Below are positions 47,001-55,097 of a stretch of 64,000 bases of DNA, one piece after another (positions within the stretch are counted from its first letter, which is position 1; every line of letters starts with the position of its first letter). The notes beneath the pieces are model-generated. The model worked only from the letters and a program-made list of their open reading frames with translations, was not told the DNA's origin and searched no databases. This DNA comes from Collinsella sp. Lineage in GTDB: Bacteria; Actinomycetota; Coriobacteriia; Coriobacteriales; Coriobacteriaceae. Location: NCBI GenBank assembly GCA_031295385.1, contig JAUMOL010000023.1, positions 230-64,229 on the forward strand. Direction: 5' to 3'. The translations under genes were made by a program, and so were the position numbers.

Positions 47001-47344
47001 AAGGACGGCACCTCGGCATAGCCGTAGGTTACGCCCTCTCCGCCGGTGCGGCCCTGCGGTGCGCCCAGGCGAACCTCGGGCTGGCCCTCGATATTGCATA
47101 TAAAGCTGTACCACACAAGACACGGTTCAGTGCATTTGAGCTCGCCGGTAAAAATGCCATCGCCTTCGTGCTCCATCGGAATCAGGGTCTCGCCGACTTC
47201 ATCGACCCAGGTACGCAGGGTGAGTGTCGCCTGGTTGGGATCGGCATCCTCCAATATCACCGAGAGTGCAACGGTAGTTCCAGTGGTCACAGCGCCAAAC
47301 GGAGTGCGAAACTGCGGTAGGCGGCTGTTGTGTATCAATCTCAT
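44048..47344 (-). CDS. malQ: Bifunctional fusion: GH13 alpha-glucosidase/neopullulanase-like domain + GH77 4-alpha-glucanotransferase (MalQ) domain
   Basis: GH13 regions: DGVFNHTGDDS, GWRLDVADEL, GEVWED, LLSSHDRPR. GH77 regions: YWQVLPVNPT, GDIPMYVSDDSADAW, WGNPTFRWD, DHFLGFHSYF, YTSTHDTSTLAGW. Confidence 0.85.
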   Translation of the reverse strand: MRLIHNSRLPQFRTPFGAVTTGTTVALSVILEDADPNQATLTLRTWVDEVGETLIPMEHEGDGIFTGELKCTEPCLVWYSFICNIEGQPEVRLGAPQGRTGGEGVTYGYAEVPSFQITVYKHRENRPTWYERGMVYQIFPDRYARDEHWRERTMAQLEKPRKGIQRRMVEDWNEPPVYERAEDGSIKTWDFYGGSLKGIQEDLPRIAELGFTAIYLNPIFEAASNHRYDTADYTKIDPILGTEQDFTELCQAAEKLGISIILDGVFNHTGDDSIYFNRYGNYPGLGAWQSEDSPWRDAFTFHEDGSYDCWWGVGNMPAINEKSELVRERLLGKDGVIRKWLRAGAHGWRLDVADELSDDFLAEIKKAVLAEKPDALLLGEVWEDASNKISYGHLRRYLQGSELDSAMDYPFRDMVIGFLMGYKNAYQAAEDIETLRENYPSEALSCALNLLSSHDRPRIISVLGGGPDESQLPESERSKWRLDENAMGLAKSRFWLATLMQMTFPGVPSIYYGDEYGLEGLTDPGNRRTLPTKDQLHDFDTLAIVKNASAVRRALPFMIDGEIKAFALNDEVLAYNRTGKNGECATVIINRSLRNSHRVTIPALDECASDVISGQECEIHNGTVTLDLYPLGSSIIYHHAEQRLQEPLDHGAGVVCHITSVPTDDGKPGTIGAPTRRFIDHLAAMGMRYWQVLPVNPTDFFRSPYAGPSAFAGNIDLLPESQEELADDFEAWKARGGEDADPLYTAFKHRNADWLEKYCVYMAVKKYFEGESRHDWPADVARYNEHLIDDKRFHDEAELHAYMQYRFDLAWCELMNYAHKKGIEVIGDIPMYVSDDSADAWSEPENFWLSDTGKAIEISGAPPDNFAPEGQVWGNPTFRWDHMKENGYRWWMDRLRRAFSLYDRVRLDHFLGFHSYFSIPAGKACADGRWLASPGKDLFQTAYDELGPLNFIAEDLGYLTPGVRAMASTCGFPGMDVLEFSDYDVRCGVHPTPGKILYTSTHDTSTLAGWCTRSFAGGDEPSGKELAGKLMGDALASDAPLVMMPLQDILGLGDDARMNVPGVATGNWTWKADEADVAAAEGKTAQLLRSTHRFWGEA

Positions 47345-47442
47345 AGTACGGTCCAGTTCAATAGAATCACGGCCTGCGGGCCATGGGCTTTACGCACAAA
47401 TTGTAAGTATATCTGTTGTACACAGGGTGTATAAACAACATC

Positions 47443-47683
47443 CGTTTACCATCGGCGAACGGTTGTCCTAGAAAATCGTTTTACCACATAAATTATCGCG
47501 ATATTCAAAAACGCCTATACCGATCCTATTTGTAGCTAACCAAAAGTACCTCGGTTTACTACGATAAATTGAATGATCTCAACCACAGTCATTTTGCTGA
47601 TTTTAAAACCGCAGGTAGAAGCGTTGCCAATTTCGTAGATTACTGGCCGTGATCGGCCAGAGCCATTTTGTCGTAGTAAACCG
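47443..47683. promoter_or_regulatory. AT-rich promoter region upstream of the GH13-GH77 gene with four GTTT(T)AC-type motif copies
   Basis: CGTTTACCAT (47443), CGTTTTACCAC (47477), CGGTTTACTACGA (47552) and its inverted partner TCGTAGTAAACCG (47671). Confidence 0.4.
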
Positions 47684-47706
47684 GCCCTCTTTTTAATACA
47701 GAAGTT

Positions 47707-47751
47707 CAACGCAAAAGAGGGCGCCTGGTTGGGGCGCCCTCTTTTGCGTTG
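47707..47751. terminator. Terminator downstream of glgA (long perfect hairpin)
   Basis: Stem CAACGCAAAAGAGGGCGCC / GGCGCCCTCTTTTGCGTTG with a 7-nt loop. Confidence 0.8.
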
Positions 47752-47775
47752 AGGATTAAGTTTTAATCGTCCGTA

Positions 47776-50097
47776 TTAGCGGCGCTTACGGGTGGCCGTT
47801 GCCTTGCGGACGGATGTCTTCTTGGACGGGGCTTTTTCCTTTGCCGGAGCGGCGGGGGAGACCGGAGTCTCCTTGGCGGGCTCGGGCTTGACCGTAGCCT
47901 TCGGTGCGGCCTTGTCCTCAGCGGCCTTCGGTGCCGGCTTGGCCTTTACTGCGGGCTTGTCCTCGGCTTTAGCCTCTACCTTGGGAGCGGCTGTCTTGGT
48001 CGTGGTCTTCTTGATCGTCGTTGCGCGCTTGCGCGTAGTGGTCTTGGCTGCCGGCTTGGCCTCGACGGTTGCCTCGGCCTTGGACTCTGCGGACGTATCC
48101 TCGACTTTGGCGGCCGGCTTTGCGGCTGCCTTGGTCGTGGGTGCTTTCGTGGTCGTCTTCGCGGCGGCCCTCGTTGCGGCAGCCTTGGTCGTTGTTGACT
48201 TTGCGGCCGTCGCCTTCCTGGCGGTCGCGGTCGTCTTCTTGGCTGCAGTCTTGGCCGGAGCCTTAGCGACCGACTGGGCCTCGGCGGTCTCGGCCTTTAC
48301 CTCGGGAGCAGCCTCGACCTCGGCGGCCTTCTTGGCAGCGGCGGTCGTGCGCTTACGCGTGGTCGTTGTCTTGGCAGCAGTCGTCTTTGCTGCGGCGGTC
48401 TTGGAGGCAGCGGACTTCGTGGTCGTAGTGGCCTTCTTAGCCGTCGTCTTACGAGTCGTGGTCTTCTTGGCGGCAGACTTTGCAGCCGGTTTATCCTCTG
48501 TCTCGGGAGCTGCCTCAACCTTTACCTCAGATTCAGCCTCAACTGGCTTCTCCTCAGCCTTGGGCTCGGGCTCGGCCGCGGTCTTCTCAGCCACAACCAC
48601 AGGCTCGTCGACAACCGCCGCCGGCCTCTCGATCTCCGGGTGCATAAAGAAGTACAGGTCCAGATACTTGTCGGCCGAGCGCGTCCAGCTAAAGTCCTGG
48701 CTCATTGCCTGCGTGACCAGCTGATTCCACGCCTCGCGGTTGTCCCAGAACAGGCGTGCCGCGCGGAACACGGCGTCGCCCATCTCGTCGCCGTTAAAGT
48801 TGCTAAACGAGAAGCCCGTGCCCTCGCCGGTAAACTCGTTATACGGGATCACTGTGTCCTTCAGGCCACCGGTCTCGCGAACAATCGGCAGGGTGCCGTA
48901 GCGCATGGCGATGATCTGCGACAAGCCGCAGGGCTCAAACTTCGAAGGCATCAGGAACATATCGGCGGCGGCATACATGCGCTGCGACAGCGCCGGATCG
49001 AACTCGATGCGCGCGGCCATGGTGCCGGGGTACTTGTCCTGGAAGTAGCGCAGGCCGTCCTCATAGTCGCGGTCGCCGGTGCCCAGTACGGCCACCTGAA
49101 CGCCGCCGGACAGGATGCGGTCGAGCGCGTACATGACCAGGTCCATGCCCTTCTGGCGCGTCAGGCGCGTGACCATCACCATAAGCGGGCGGTCGTCGCG
49201 AACCTCGAGCCCCAGCTCTTCCTGCAGCTTGGCCTTGCACACGGCCTTGCCGGAACGGTCCTCGACCGTGTAGTTTGCGGCAATGCGCTTGTCGGTCGCC
49301 GGGTCAAAGCCCGCCACGTCAATGCCGTTCAAAATGCCCTGCAGCGCATAGGAGCGCTCGCGCAACACACCGTCCAGGCCCTCGCCAAACTCGGGCGTCT
49401 GGATCTCGTTGGCATAGGTGGGGCTTACCGTGGTGATGGCATCGGCATAGCGCAGCGCGCCCAGCATGTAGTTGATGCTGCAGGCGTCGCAACGCAGCTG
49501 CGAGGCGGCCGCCGGAATATGTGCCACACCCAGGATGTCCTCCATCACGGTGTCGCTAAACTGGCCCTGGAACGCCACGTTGTGGATCGAGAACACGGTC
49601 TTGACGCGGTCGTACAGCGGCAGGCCTTGGTAGAACTCACGCAAGAACACGGGCGCCAGTGCCGTTTGCCAGTCATTGCAGTGCAGGATATCGCACTCAA
49701 AGCCGGCCGGCAGGTGCTGCAGGCTCTCGGTGATGGCCTTGGAGAAGAACGCAAAGCGCTCGCCGTCGTCAAAGAAGCCGTACGGATAGTCGCGCGCAAA
49801 GTAGCGCTCGTTGTCGATGAACATATACGTGACACCGTCGTGCTCGAGCTTCTCAAGCCCGCAGTACTCGTTGCGCCAGCCCAGGCTCACGTAAAAGTCA
49901 GAGAAGTGCTCCATCTGCGCCTTGTACTCGTCCTTGATGGTGGCGTACTTGGGCACCATCACGATGACTTCGGCGCCTGCGCGCACGAGTGCCGCGGGCA
50001 GCGAGCCCGCCACGTCGCCCAGGCCACCGGTCTTTACAAACGGTGCGCACTCAGCCGAGGCAAACACGATCTGCATCTTTTTGCTGGAATCTGCCAT
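47776..50097 (-). CDS. glgA: Glycogen (starch) synthase with a ~290-aa Lys/Ala/Thr/Glu-rich C-terminal extension
   Basis: Motif KTGGLGDV and a GT5 core of ~480 aa. The tail holds repeated AAKKTT / TTTRK / KAAPK units. The start is ATG 50097 (GGGAGA RBS) or 50109. Confidence 0.9.
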   Translation of the reverse strand: MADSSKKMQIVFASAECAPFVKTGGLGDVAGSLPAALVRAGAEVIVMVPKYATIKDEYKAQMEHFSDFYVSLGWRNEYCGLEKLEHDGVTYMFIDNERYFARDYPYGFFDDGERFAFFSKAITESLQHLPAGFECDILHCNDWQTALAPVFLREFYQGLPLYDRVKTVFSIHNVAFQGQFSDTVMEDILGVAHIPAAASQLRCDACSINYMLGALRYADAITTVSPTYANEIQTPEFGEGLDGVLRERSYALQGILNGIDVAGFDPATDKRIAANYTVEDRSGKAVCKAKLQEELGLEVRDDRPLMVMVTRLTRQKGMDLVMYALDRILSGGVQVAVLGTGDRDYEDGLRYFQDKYPGTMAARIEFDPALSQRMYAAADMFLMPSKFEPCGLSQIIAMRYGTLPIVRETGGLKDTVIPYNEFTGEGTGFSFSNFNGDEMGDAVFRAARLFWDNREAWNQLVTQAMSQDFSWTRSADKYLDLYFFMHPEIERPAAVVDEPVVVAEKTAAEPEPKAEEKPVEAESEVKVEAAPETEDKPAAKSAAKKTTTRKTTAKKATTTTKSAASKTAAAKTTAAKTTTTRKRTTAAAKKAAEVEAAPEVKAETAEAQSVAKAPAKTAAKKTTATARKATAAKSTTTKAAATRAAAKTTTKAPTTKAAAKPAAKVEDTSAESKAEATVEAKPAAKTTTRKRATTIKKTTTKTAAPKVEAKAEDKPAVKAKPAPKAAEDKAAPKATVKPEPAKETPVSPAAPAKEKAPSKKTSVRKATATRKRR

Positions 50098-50120
50098 ATT
50101 GTCTCCCATGTTGTAATTCG

Positions 50121-50156
50121 AGAATAGCCGCCTGGCACAAACCGGGCGGCTATTCT
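50121..50156 (-). other. Intercistronic stem-loop between glgD and glgA
   Basis: 12-bp stem AGAATAGCCGCC/GGCGGCTATTCT. No U-run. Confidence 0.5.
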
Positions 50157-50187
50157 ACATGTTACGAGCGATGTTGCGGTGCCTACG

Positions 50188-51315
50188 TTAATGCACGATG
50201 GTGGTATCGGGAGTTAACGGAGCCTTGCCCAGCACCAGGATGTTCTCGGGCGTGCCGCGAAGCTCGGTGTTGGTGGGAACCACGTTGTTCTTGTCCAGGA
50301 TGGCATTCTCAACGCGGGCGCCGCTCTTGATGATGCAGCTCTGGTTGATGATCGAGTTGGTCACCGAGGCGCCCTCCTCGACCACGACGCCGCGCGACAG
50401 GATCGAGTTGCGCACGGTGCCCTTGATGATGCAGCCGGCCGAGATGATCGAGTTGCACGCGTGGCTGCCGGTCGCATAGCGCGAAGGCGGCACGTCGTGA
50501 GCCTTGGTCAGGATCGGGCGCTCGGGGTCAAAGAGCTGGTCGGCCACGGTCTGGTCGAGCAGGTCCATGCTACGGCGATAGAGCGACTTCTCGCTAAACA
50601 CGCCCACGACCTCGCCCTTGTACTCGTAGCTGCACACGTCGATATTGCCAAAGTCGCCCTGGAGTGCCTCGAGCAGGTCCAGATAGTCGGCAGCCTGGTA
50701 GTGATCGATGATCTCGAGCAGCGTCTCGCGGTTGACGATGCAGCAGTCCATGGAGGCGTTGTCGCCGTATGCGACGCCGGCGCTCACGCCCGTCAGGCGG
50801 CCGTTCTCGTTAATCTCGAGTTTGGTCTCGTCATCGACGTTGCGCGTGGCCTTGCAGTACACCACGGTCATCTGGGCGCCGGAGTTCTCGTGCGCGTCAA
50901 TGATGGTGTTGAGGTCCATGTTAAAGATGATGTTGGTGCCCATCATCACGACATAGGGCTTGTCCGAGCGCTGGAACAGCGTCTTGTTGGAGATGATGTC
51001 GCGCAGCAGGAAGCGCATGCCGCCCTTGGTGGTGCCATACGCGTTGCCGGGCACCATGAACAGGCCGCCCTTCTTGCGGTCCAGGCCCCAGTCCTTGCCC
51101 GAGCCCACATGGTCGATCAGCGAGCGGTAGTTGCCCGGCATGACGACGCCGACGGTCTTAATGCCGGCATTCATCATGTTGGACAGCGGGAAGTCGATCA
51201 GGCGGTAGCGGCCCAAAAACGGAACGGACGCGATGGGGCGGTCCTTCAGCAGCACGCTGCCGTAGGTCGAAGAGTAGTTAGCGGTGATATAACCGATGGC
51301 CTTGCGATTGATCAT
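50188..51315 (-). CDS. glgD: Glucose-1-phosphate adenylyltransferase, GlgD (regulatory) subunit
   Basis: ADP-Glc PPase fold without the GGxGxRL motif (N-terminus MINRKAIGYITANYSS). It directly follows glgC. Confidence 0.85.
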   Translation of the reverse strand: MINRKAIGYITANYSSTYGSVLLKDRPIASVPFLGRYRLIDFPLSNMMNAGIKTVGVVMPGNYRSLIDHVGSGKDWGLDRKKGGLFMVPGNAYGTTKGGMRFLLRDIISNKTLFQRSDKPYVVMMGTNIIFNMDLNTIIDAHENSGAQMTVVYCKATRNVDDETKLEINENGRLTGVSAGVAYGDNASMDCCIVNRETLLEIIDHYQAADYLDLLEALQGDFGNIDVCSYEYKGEVVGVFSEKSLYRRSMDLLDQTVADQLFDPERPILTKAHDVPPSRYATGSHACNSIISAGCIIKGTVRNSILSRGVVVEEGASVTNSIINQSCIIKSGARVENAILDKNNVVPTNTELRGTPENILVLGKAPLTPDTTIVH

Positions 51316-51319
51316 CGGA

Positions 51320-52468
51320 TCATTCCCCCTTCCCGATAACGACGTCATTTCCAACGACGGCCGTATCCTTGGTGGTATCGACAGAGCCGAGCTTCACGCC
51401 CTCCTCGACCGTGGAGTTCTCGCCCAAAATAGCGCGGCAGATGTGCGCGCCGCTCTTAACGTGCGCACCCGGCAGCAGCACGGAGTCCTCGACCACGGCG
51501 CGCTCCTCGATGATGACGTCGGTCGAAAGGATCGAGTGGCGAGCGGTGCCGTAGATCTTGCAGCCGTTGGAGACCAGGCAGTCGTCCAGGCGGCCATCCG
51601 GGCCAATGTAGTGCGGCGGACGCGTGGTGATGTTGGACATGATGGGGAAGTTCTTGTCAAACAGATCGAACTCGGGGTTGTTGCCCAGCAGGTCCATCGA
51701 GGTCTCGTGGAAGCTGGCGATGGTGCCAACGTCCTTCCAAAAGCCGTGGAACTCGTAGCTGTACAGGCGCTTGCCCTCGCCGAGCAGCTTGGGGATGATG
51801 TCCTTGCCAAAGTCGTGGCTCGAGCGCTGGTCCAGGGCGTCCGCCTCGAGCGCCTCGATCAGCACGTCTGCCGAGAAGATGTAGATACCCATGGACGCGA
51901 GGTTCGAATCGGGCTTCTCGGGCTTCTCGGTAAACTTGGTGATGCGGCCGTCCTCGGGGTCGGTGGTCAGGATGCCAAAGCGGCTGGCCTCCTCCCACGG
52001 CACGGGCATAACGCTCACCGTGAGGTCGGCGTTGCTCTCAATGTGCGTCTTGAGCATCTTGCGGTAGTCCATGCGATACAGGTGATCGCCCGAAAGAATC
52101 AGGACGTACTTGGGGTCGTTGGCCTTAATGTAGTCGAGGTTCTGCGTAATGGCGTCGGCCGTGCCCGCATACCAGGCGCCACCGGTCTGCGTCTCGTACG
52201 GCGGAAGGATCGACACGCCGCCGTCACGGCTGTCCAGATCCCAAGCCTCGCCGGAGCCCACATAGGCATGCAGCAGGTAGGGGCGGTACTGCGTCAGAAC
52301 GCCCACCGTGTCGATGCCCGAGTTGGAGCAGTTGGACAGTGAAAAGTCGATAATGCGGAACTTGCCACCAAAGCTAACCGCCGGCTTGGCGATCTTTTGG
52401 GTGAGTGCCCCCAATCGGCTGCCCTGTCCTCCTGCGAGGAGCATCGCGATGCATTCTTTCTTACTCAT
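51320..52468 (-). CDS. glgC: Glucose-1-phosphate adenylyltransferase
   Basis: Motif [14 protein letters not shown] and a left-handed beta-helix C-terminus. Confidence 0.95.
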   Translation of the reverse strand: MSKKECIAMLLAGGQGSRLGALTQKIAKPAVSFGGKFRIIDFSLSNCSNSGIDTVGVLTQYRPYLLHAYVGSGEAWDLDSRDGGVSILPPYETQTGGAWYAGTADAITQNLDYIKANDPKYVLILSGDHLYRMDYRKMLKTHIESNADLTVSVMPVPWEEASRFGILTTDPEDGRITKFTEKPEKPDSNLASMGIYIFSADVLIEALEADALDQRSSHDFGKDIIPKLLGEGKRLYSYEFHGFWKDVGTIASFHETSMDLLGNNPEFDLFDKNFPIMSNITTRPPHYIGPDGRLDDCLVSNGCKIYGTARHSILSTDVIIEERAVVEDSVLLPGAHVKSGAHICRAILGENSTVEEGVKLGSVDTTKDTAVVGNDVVIGKGE

Positions 52469-52576
52469 CGATTTCTCCTTCTGTCATCGATGTTCTTAAA
52501 CCCATTAGCGACGGGCACGGCGCTCGGACGCGCCCGTCGAGTAATGCCGTGCTGGCATAGGGGAGCTCGCGCGCCT

Positions 52577-55003
52577 CTACGCGTGCCAGATCTCGTCGCA
52601 GTACTCGCGAATGGTGCGGTCGCTCGAGAACCAGCCGGAAGAGGCGGTGTTGAGCAGGGCCTTGCGGTTCCAGGTCTCCTGGTCGCCATAGCTGCCGGTG
52701 AGCTTTTCCCACGCATCCACGTAGCTGCGGAAGTCTGCCATGACCAGGTCGGGGTCGTTGTTGTTCATAAGCTCGTTGTAGATACTCTCGAAGTTGCCCG
52801 AAAGACCCGCAAAGGTGTTGTCCTTGAGCTCGTCCATCACGCGGCCCAGACGCTCGCGATCGTTGTTGAGCGTATCCCACGCAAAGTAGCTGTTGGATGC
52901 CCAGAGCTGCTCGACCTCGGGAGCGGTCAGGCCAAAGATGGCCTCGTTCTCGCGGCCGGCCAGGTCGGCGATCTCGATGTTGGCGCCGTCGAGGGTGCCC
53001 AGCGTAATGGCGCCGTTCATCATGAGCTTCATGTTGGACGTGCCCGAGGCCTCCTTGCCGGCCGTGGAGATCTGTTCCGAAATCTCGGCGGCGGGGTAGA
53101 TGAGCTGGGCGTTGCTCACGCGGAAGTTGGGGATAAAGCAGACCTTCATGACCTCGTTGACGCGCGGGTCGTTGTTGATGACGTCGGCCACGGAGTTAAT
53201 GAGGCGGATGGTCTCTTTGGCGAAGGTGTAGCTCGAGGCAGCCTTGCCGCTAAAGATGAAGGTCGTCGGCGTCACGTGGAAGTTGGGATCGGCGATGCGA
53301 CGGTTGTAGATGTCCATCACCTTCATGATGTTCATGAGCTGGCGCTTGTAGGCATGGAAGCGCTTAACCTGAACATCGAAGACGGTGTTGGGGTCGATGA
53401 CCAGACCAGTCTCGGCCTTGACGTAGGCGGCCAGACGCTCCTTGTTGGCGCGCTTGGAGGCACCCACGGCCTTCAGGAATTCGGTGTCGTTCTGGAAACT
53501 TTTAAGCTTCTCCAACTCAAAGGCGTCCTTGAGCCAGCCGTCGCCAATAGCCTCGGTGACGAGCTTGGCATAGGTGGGGTTGGCCTCGGCAAAGAAGCGA
53601 CGGTGCGAGATGCCGTTGGTCTTGTTGTTGAACTTCTCGGGCGTCAGGGCATAGAAGTCCTTGAGCACGATGTTCTTGATGATGTCGGAGTGGATCTTGG
53701 CCACGCCGTTGACGCTGTGGCTGCAGATCACAGACAGGTTGGCCATGCGAATCTCGCCGTCCCACAGAATGGCGGTCTGGCGCAGACGCTCCTGCCAGCC
53801 TTCCTGGGTGGTGTCGAACGACTCGTGCCAACGACGGCTAATCTCGTCGATGATCTGGTACACGCGGGGGAGGAGCTTGGAGAACGTGCCGATGGGCCAC
53901 TTCTCCAGAGCCTCGGGCAGGATGGTGTGGTTGGTGTAGCTCACGACCTGCGTCACGATGTTCCAGGCGTCGTCCCACTCGAGCTTCTTCTCGTCGATGA
54001 GGATACGCATGAGCTCGGGGCCGCACATGGCGGGGTGCGTGTCGTTGGTGTGGATGGCCACAAACTGCGGCAGCAGCTCCCAGTTTGCGCCGTGCTCCTT
54101 CTCAAAGGTGTCGAGCAGGCTGTAGATACCGGCCGATACAAACAGGTACTCCTGCTTTAAGCGTAGCAGACGGCCGTGCTCGCCGGCGTCGTTGGGGTAG
54201 AGGATGGCGCTGATGGCCTCGGCCTCGGCGCGCTTGGCATCGGCCAGGGCGTAGTCGCCGCGGTTGAAGGCCTCCAGATCGAAGTGCTCCTCGACCGGCT
54301 CGGCGGCCCAGACGCGCAGCTTGTTGACGGTCTCGCCGGCATAGCCCACAACGGGGATGTCATATGGGACGGCCAGGGTGTCCTGCGTGTCCACCGTGCG
54401 GTAGAACGTGCGGCCGTTCTCCTCAAAGCCCTCGACGTGGCCACCAAACTTAATGGTCACGGCCTTGTCCTGACGGCGGACCTCCCAGGGATAGCCGTGG
54501 GTGAGCCACTCGTCGGTGGCCTCGACCTGGCTGCCGTTGACGATCTCCTGCTTAAACAGGCCGTAGCGGTAGCGCATACCGTTGCCGTAGCCGGCAATGC
54601 CCTCGGCTGCCATAGAATCCAGGAAGCACGCGGCCAGACGGCCCAGACCACCGTTGCCCAGAGCCGGATCGGGCTCCTGGTTCTCGATGACGGACAGGTC
54701 AAAGCCCATGTCGTCGAGCGCCTCGGCGACCATGTCGCGCACGCCAAAGTTGAGCAGGTAGTTGTCGAGCAGGCGGCCGATCAAAAACTCGATCGAGAAG
54801 TAGTACACGCGCTTCTTGCCCTCGGCGGCCGCACGGGCGTCGCTCTTGGTGGCAACGGTGCGTGCCTTCTCGGCCACGAGCTTGGCCAGGGCGTTAAAGC
54901 GGTCGAGGTCGCTGGCGGCCTCGACGCTCTTGCCGCTAATGCTCATGACGGCATCGCGATAGAGCTCGGAAAACTCCTGCTTGTTGTCGAAGATCTTATT
55001 CAT
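52577..55003 (-). CDS. glgP: Glycogen/maltodextrin phosphorylase (GT35)
   Basis: PLP-lysine motif EASGTSNMKLMMNGA. 808 aa. GGAAAGGA RBS. Confidence 0.95.
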   Translation of the reverse strand: MNKIFDNKQEFSELYRDAVMSISGKSVEAASDLDRFNALAKLVAEKARTVATKSDARAAAEGKKRVYYFSIEFLIGRLLDNYLLNFGVRDMVAEALDDMGFDLSVIENQEPDPALGNGGLGRLAACFLDSMAAEGIAGYGNGMRYRYGLFKQEIVNGSQVEATDEWLTHGYPWEVRRQDKAVTIKFGGHVEGFEENGRTFYRTVDTQDTLAVPYDIPVVGYAGETVNKLRVWAAEPVEEHFDLEAFNRGDYALADAKRAEAEAISAILYPNDAGEHGRLLRLKQEYLFVSAGIYSLLDTFEKEHGANWELLPQFVAIHTNDTHPAMCGPELMRILIDEKKLEWDDAWNIVTQVVSYTNHTILPEALEKWPIGTFSKLLPRVYQIIDEISRRWHESFDTTQEGWQERLRQTAILWDGEIRMANLSVICSHSVNGVAKIHSDIIKNIVLKDFYALTPEKFNNKTNGISHRRFFAEANPTYAKLVTEAIGDGWLKDAFELEKLKSFQNDTEFLKAVGASKRANKERLAAYVKAETGLVIDPNTVFDVQVKRFHAYKRQLMNIMKVMDIYNRRIADPNFHVTPTTFIFSGKAASSYTFAKETIRLINSVADVINNDPRVNEVMKVCFIPNFRVSNAQLIYPAAEISEQISTAGKEASGTSNMKLMMNGAITLGTLDGANIEIADLAGRENEAIFGLTAPEVEQLWASNSYFAWDTLNNDRERLGRVMDELKDNTFAGLSGNFESIYNELMNNNDPDLVMADFRSYVDAWEKLTGSYGDQETWNRKALLNTASSGWFSSDRTIREYCDEIWHA

Positions 55004-55097
55004 ACGTTCCTTTCCCCCGGGGATGTTTCTCCCGGAACGGTTATGACATGTATCCTACGCCCCGGCGGGGCGGGTAATTGCAGTGGTAACGCTTTTG

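Noticed and set aside
47792-48724. 310-aa plus-strand ORF (A/V/L/F/G-rich) opposite the GlgA tail. I also considered whether the tail is a separate gene.
   Set aside because: The antisense ORF is the mirror image of a low-complexity repeat. On the minus strand the GlgA core and tail form one uninterrupted frame with no internal start or RBS signal.
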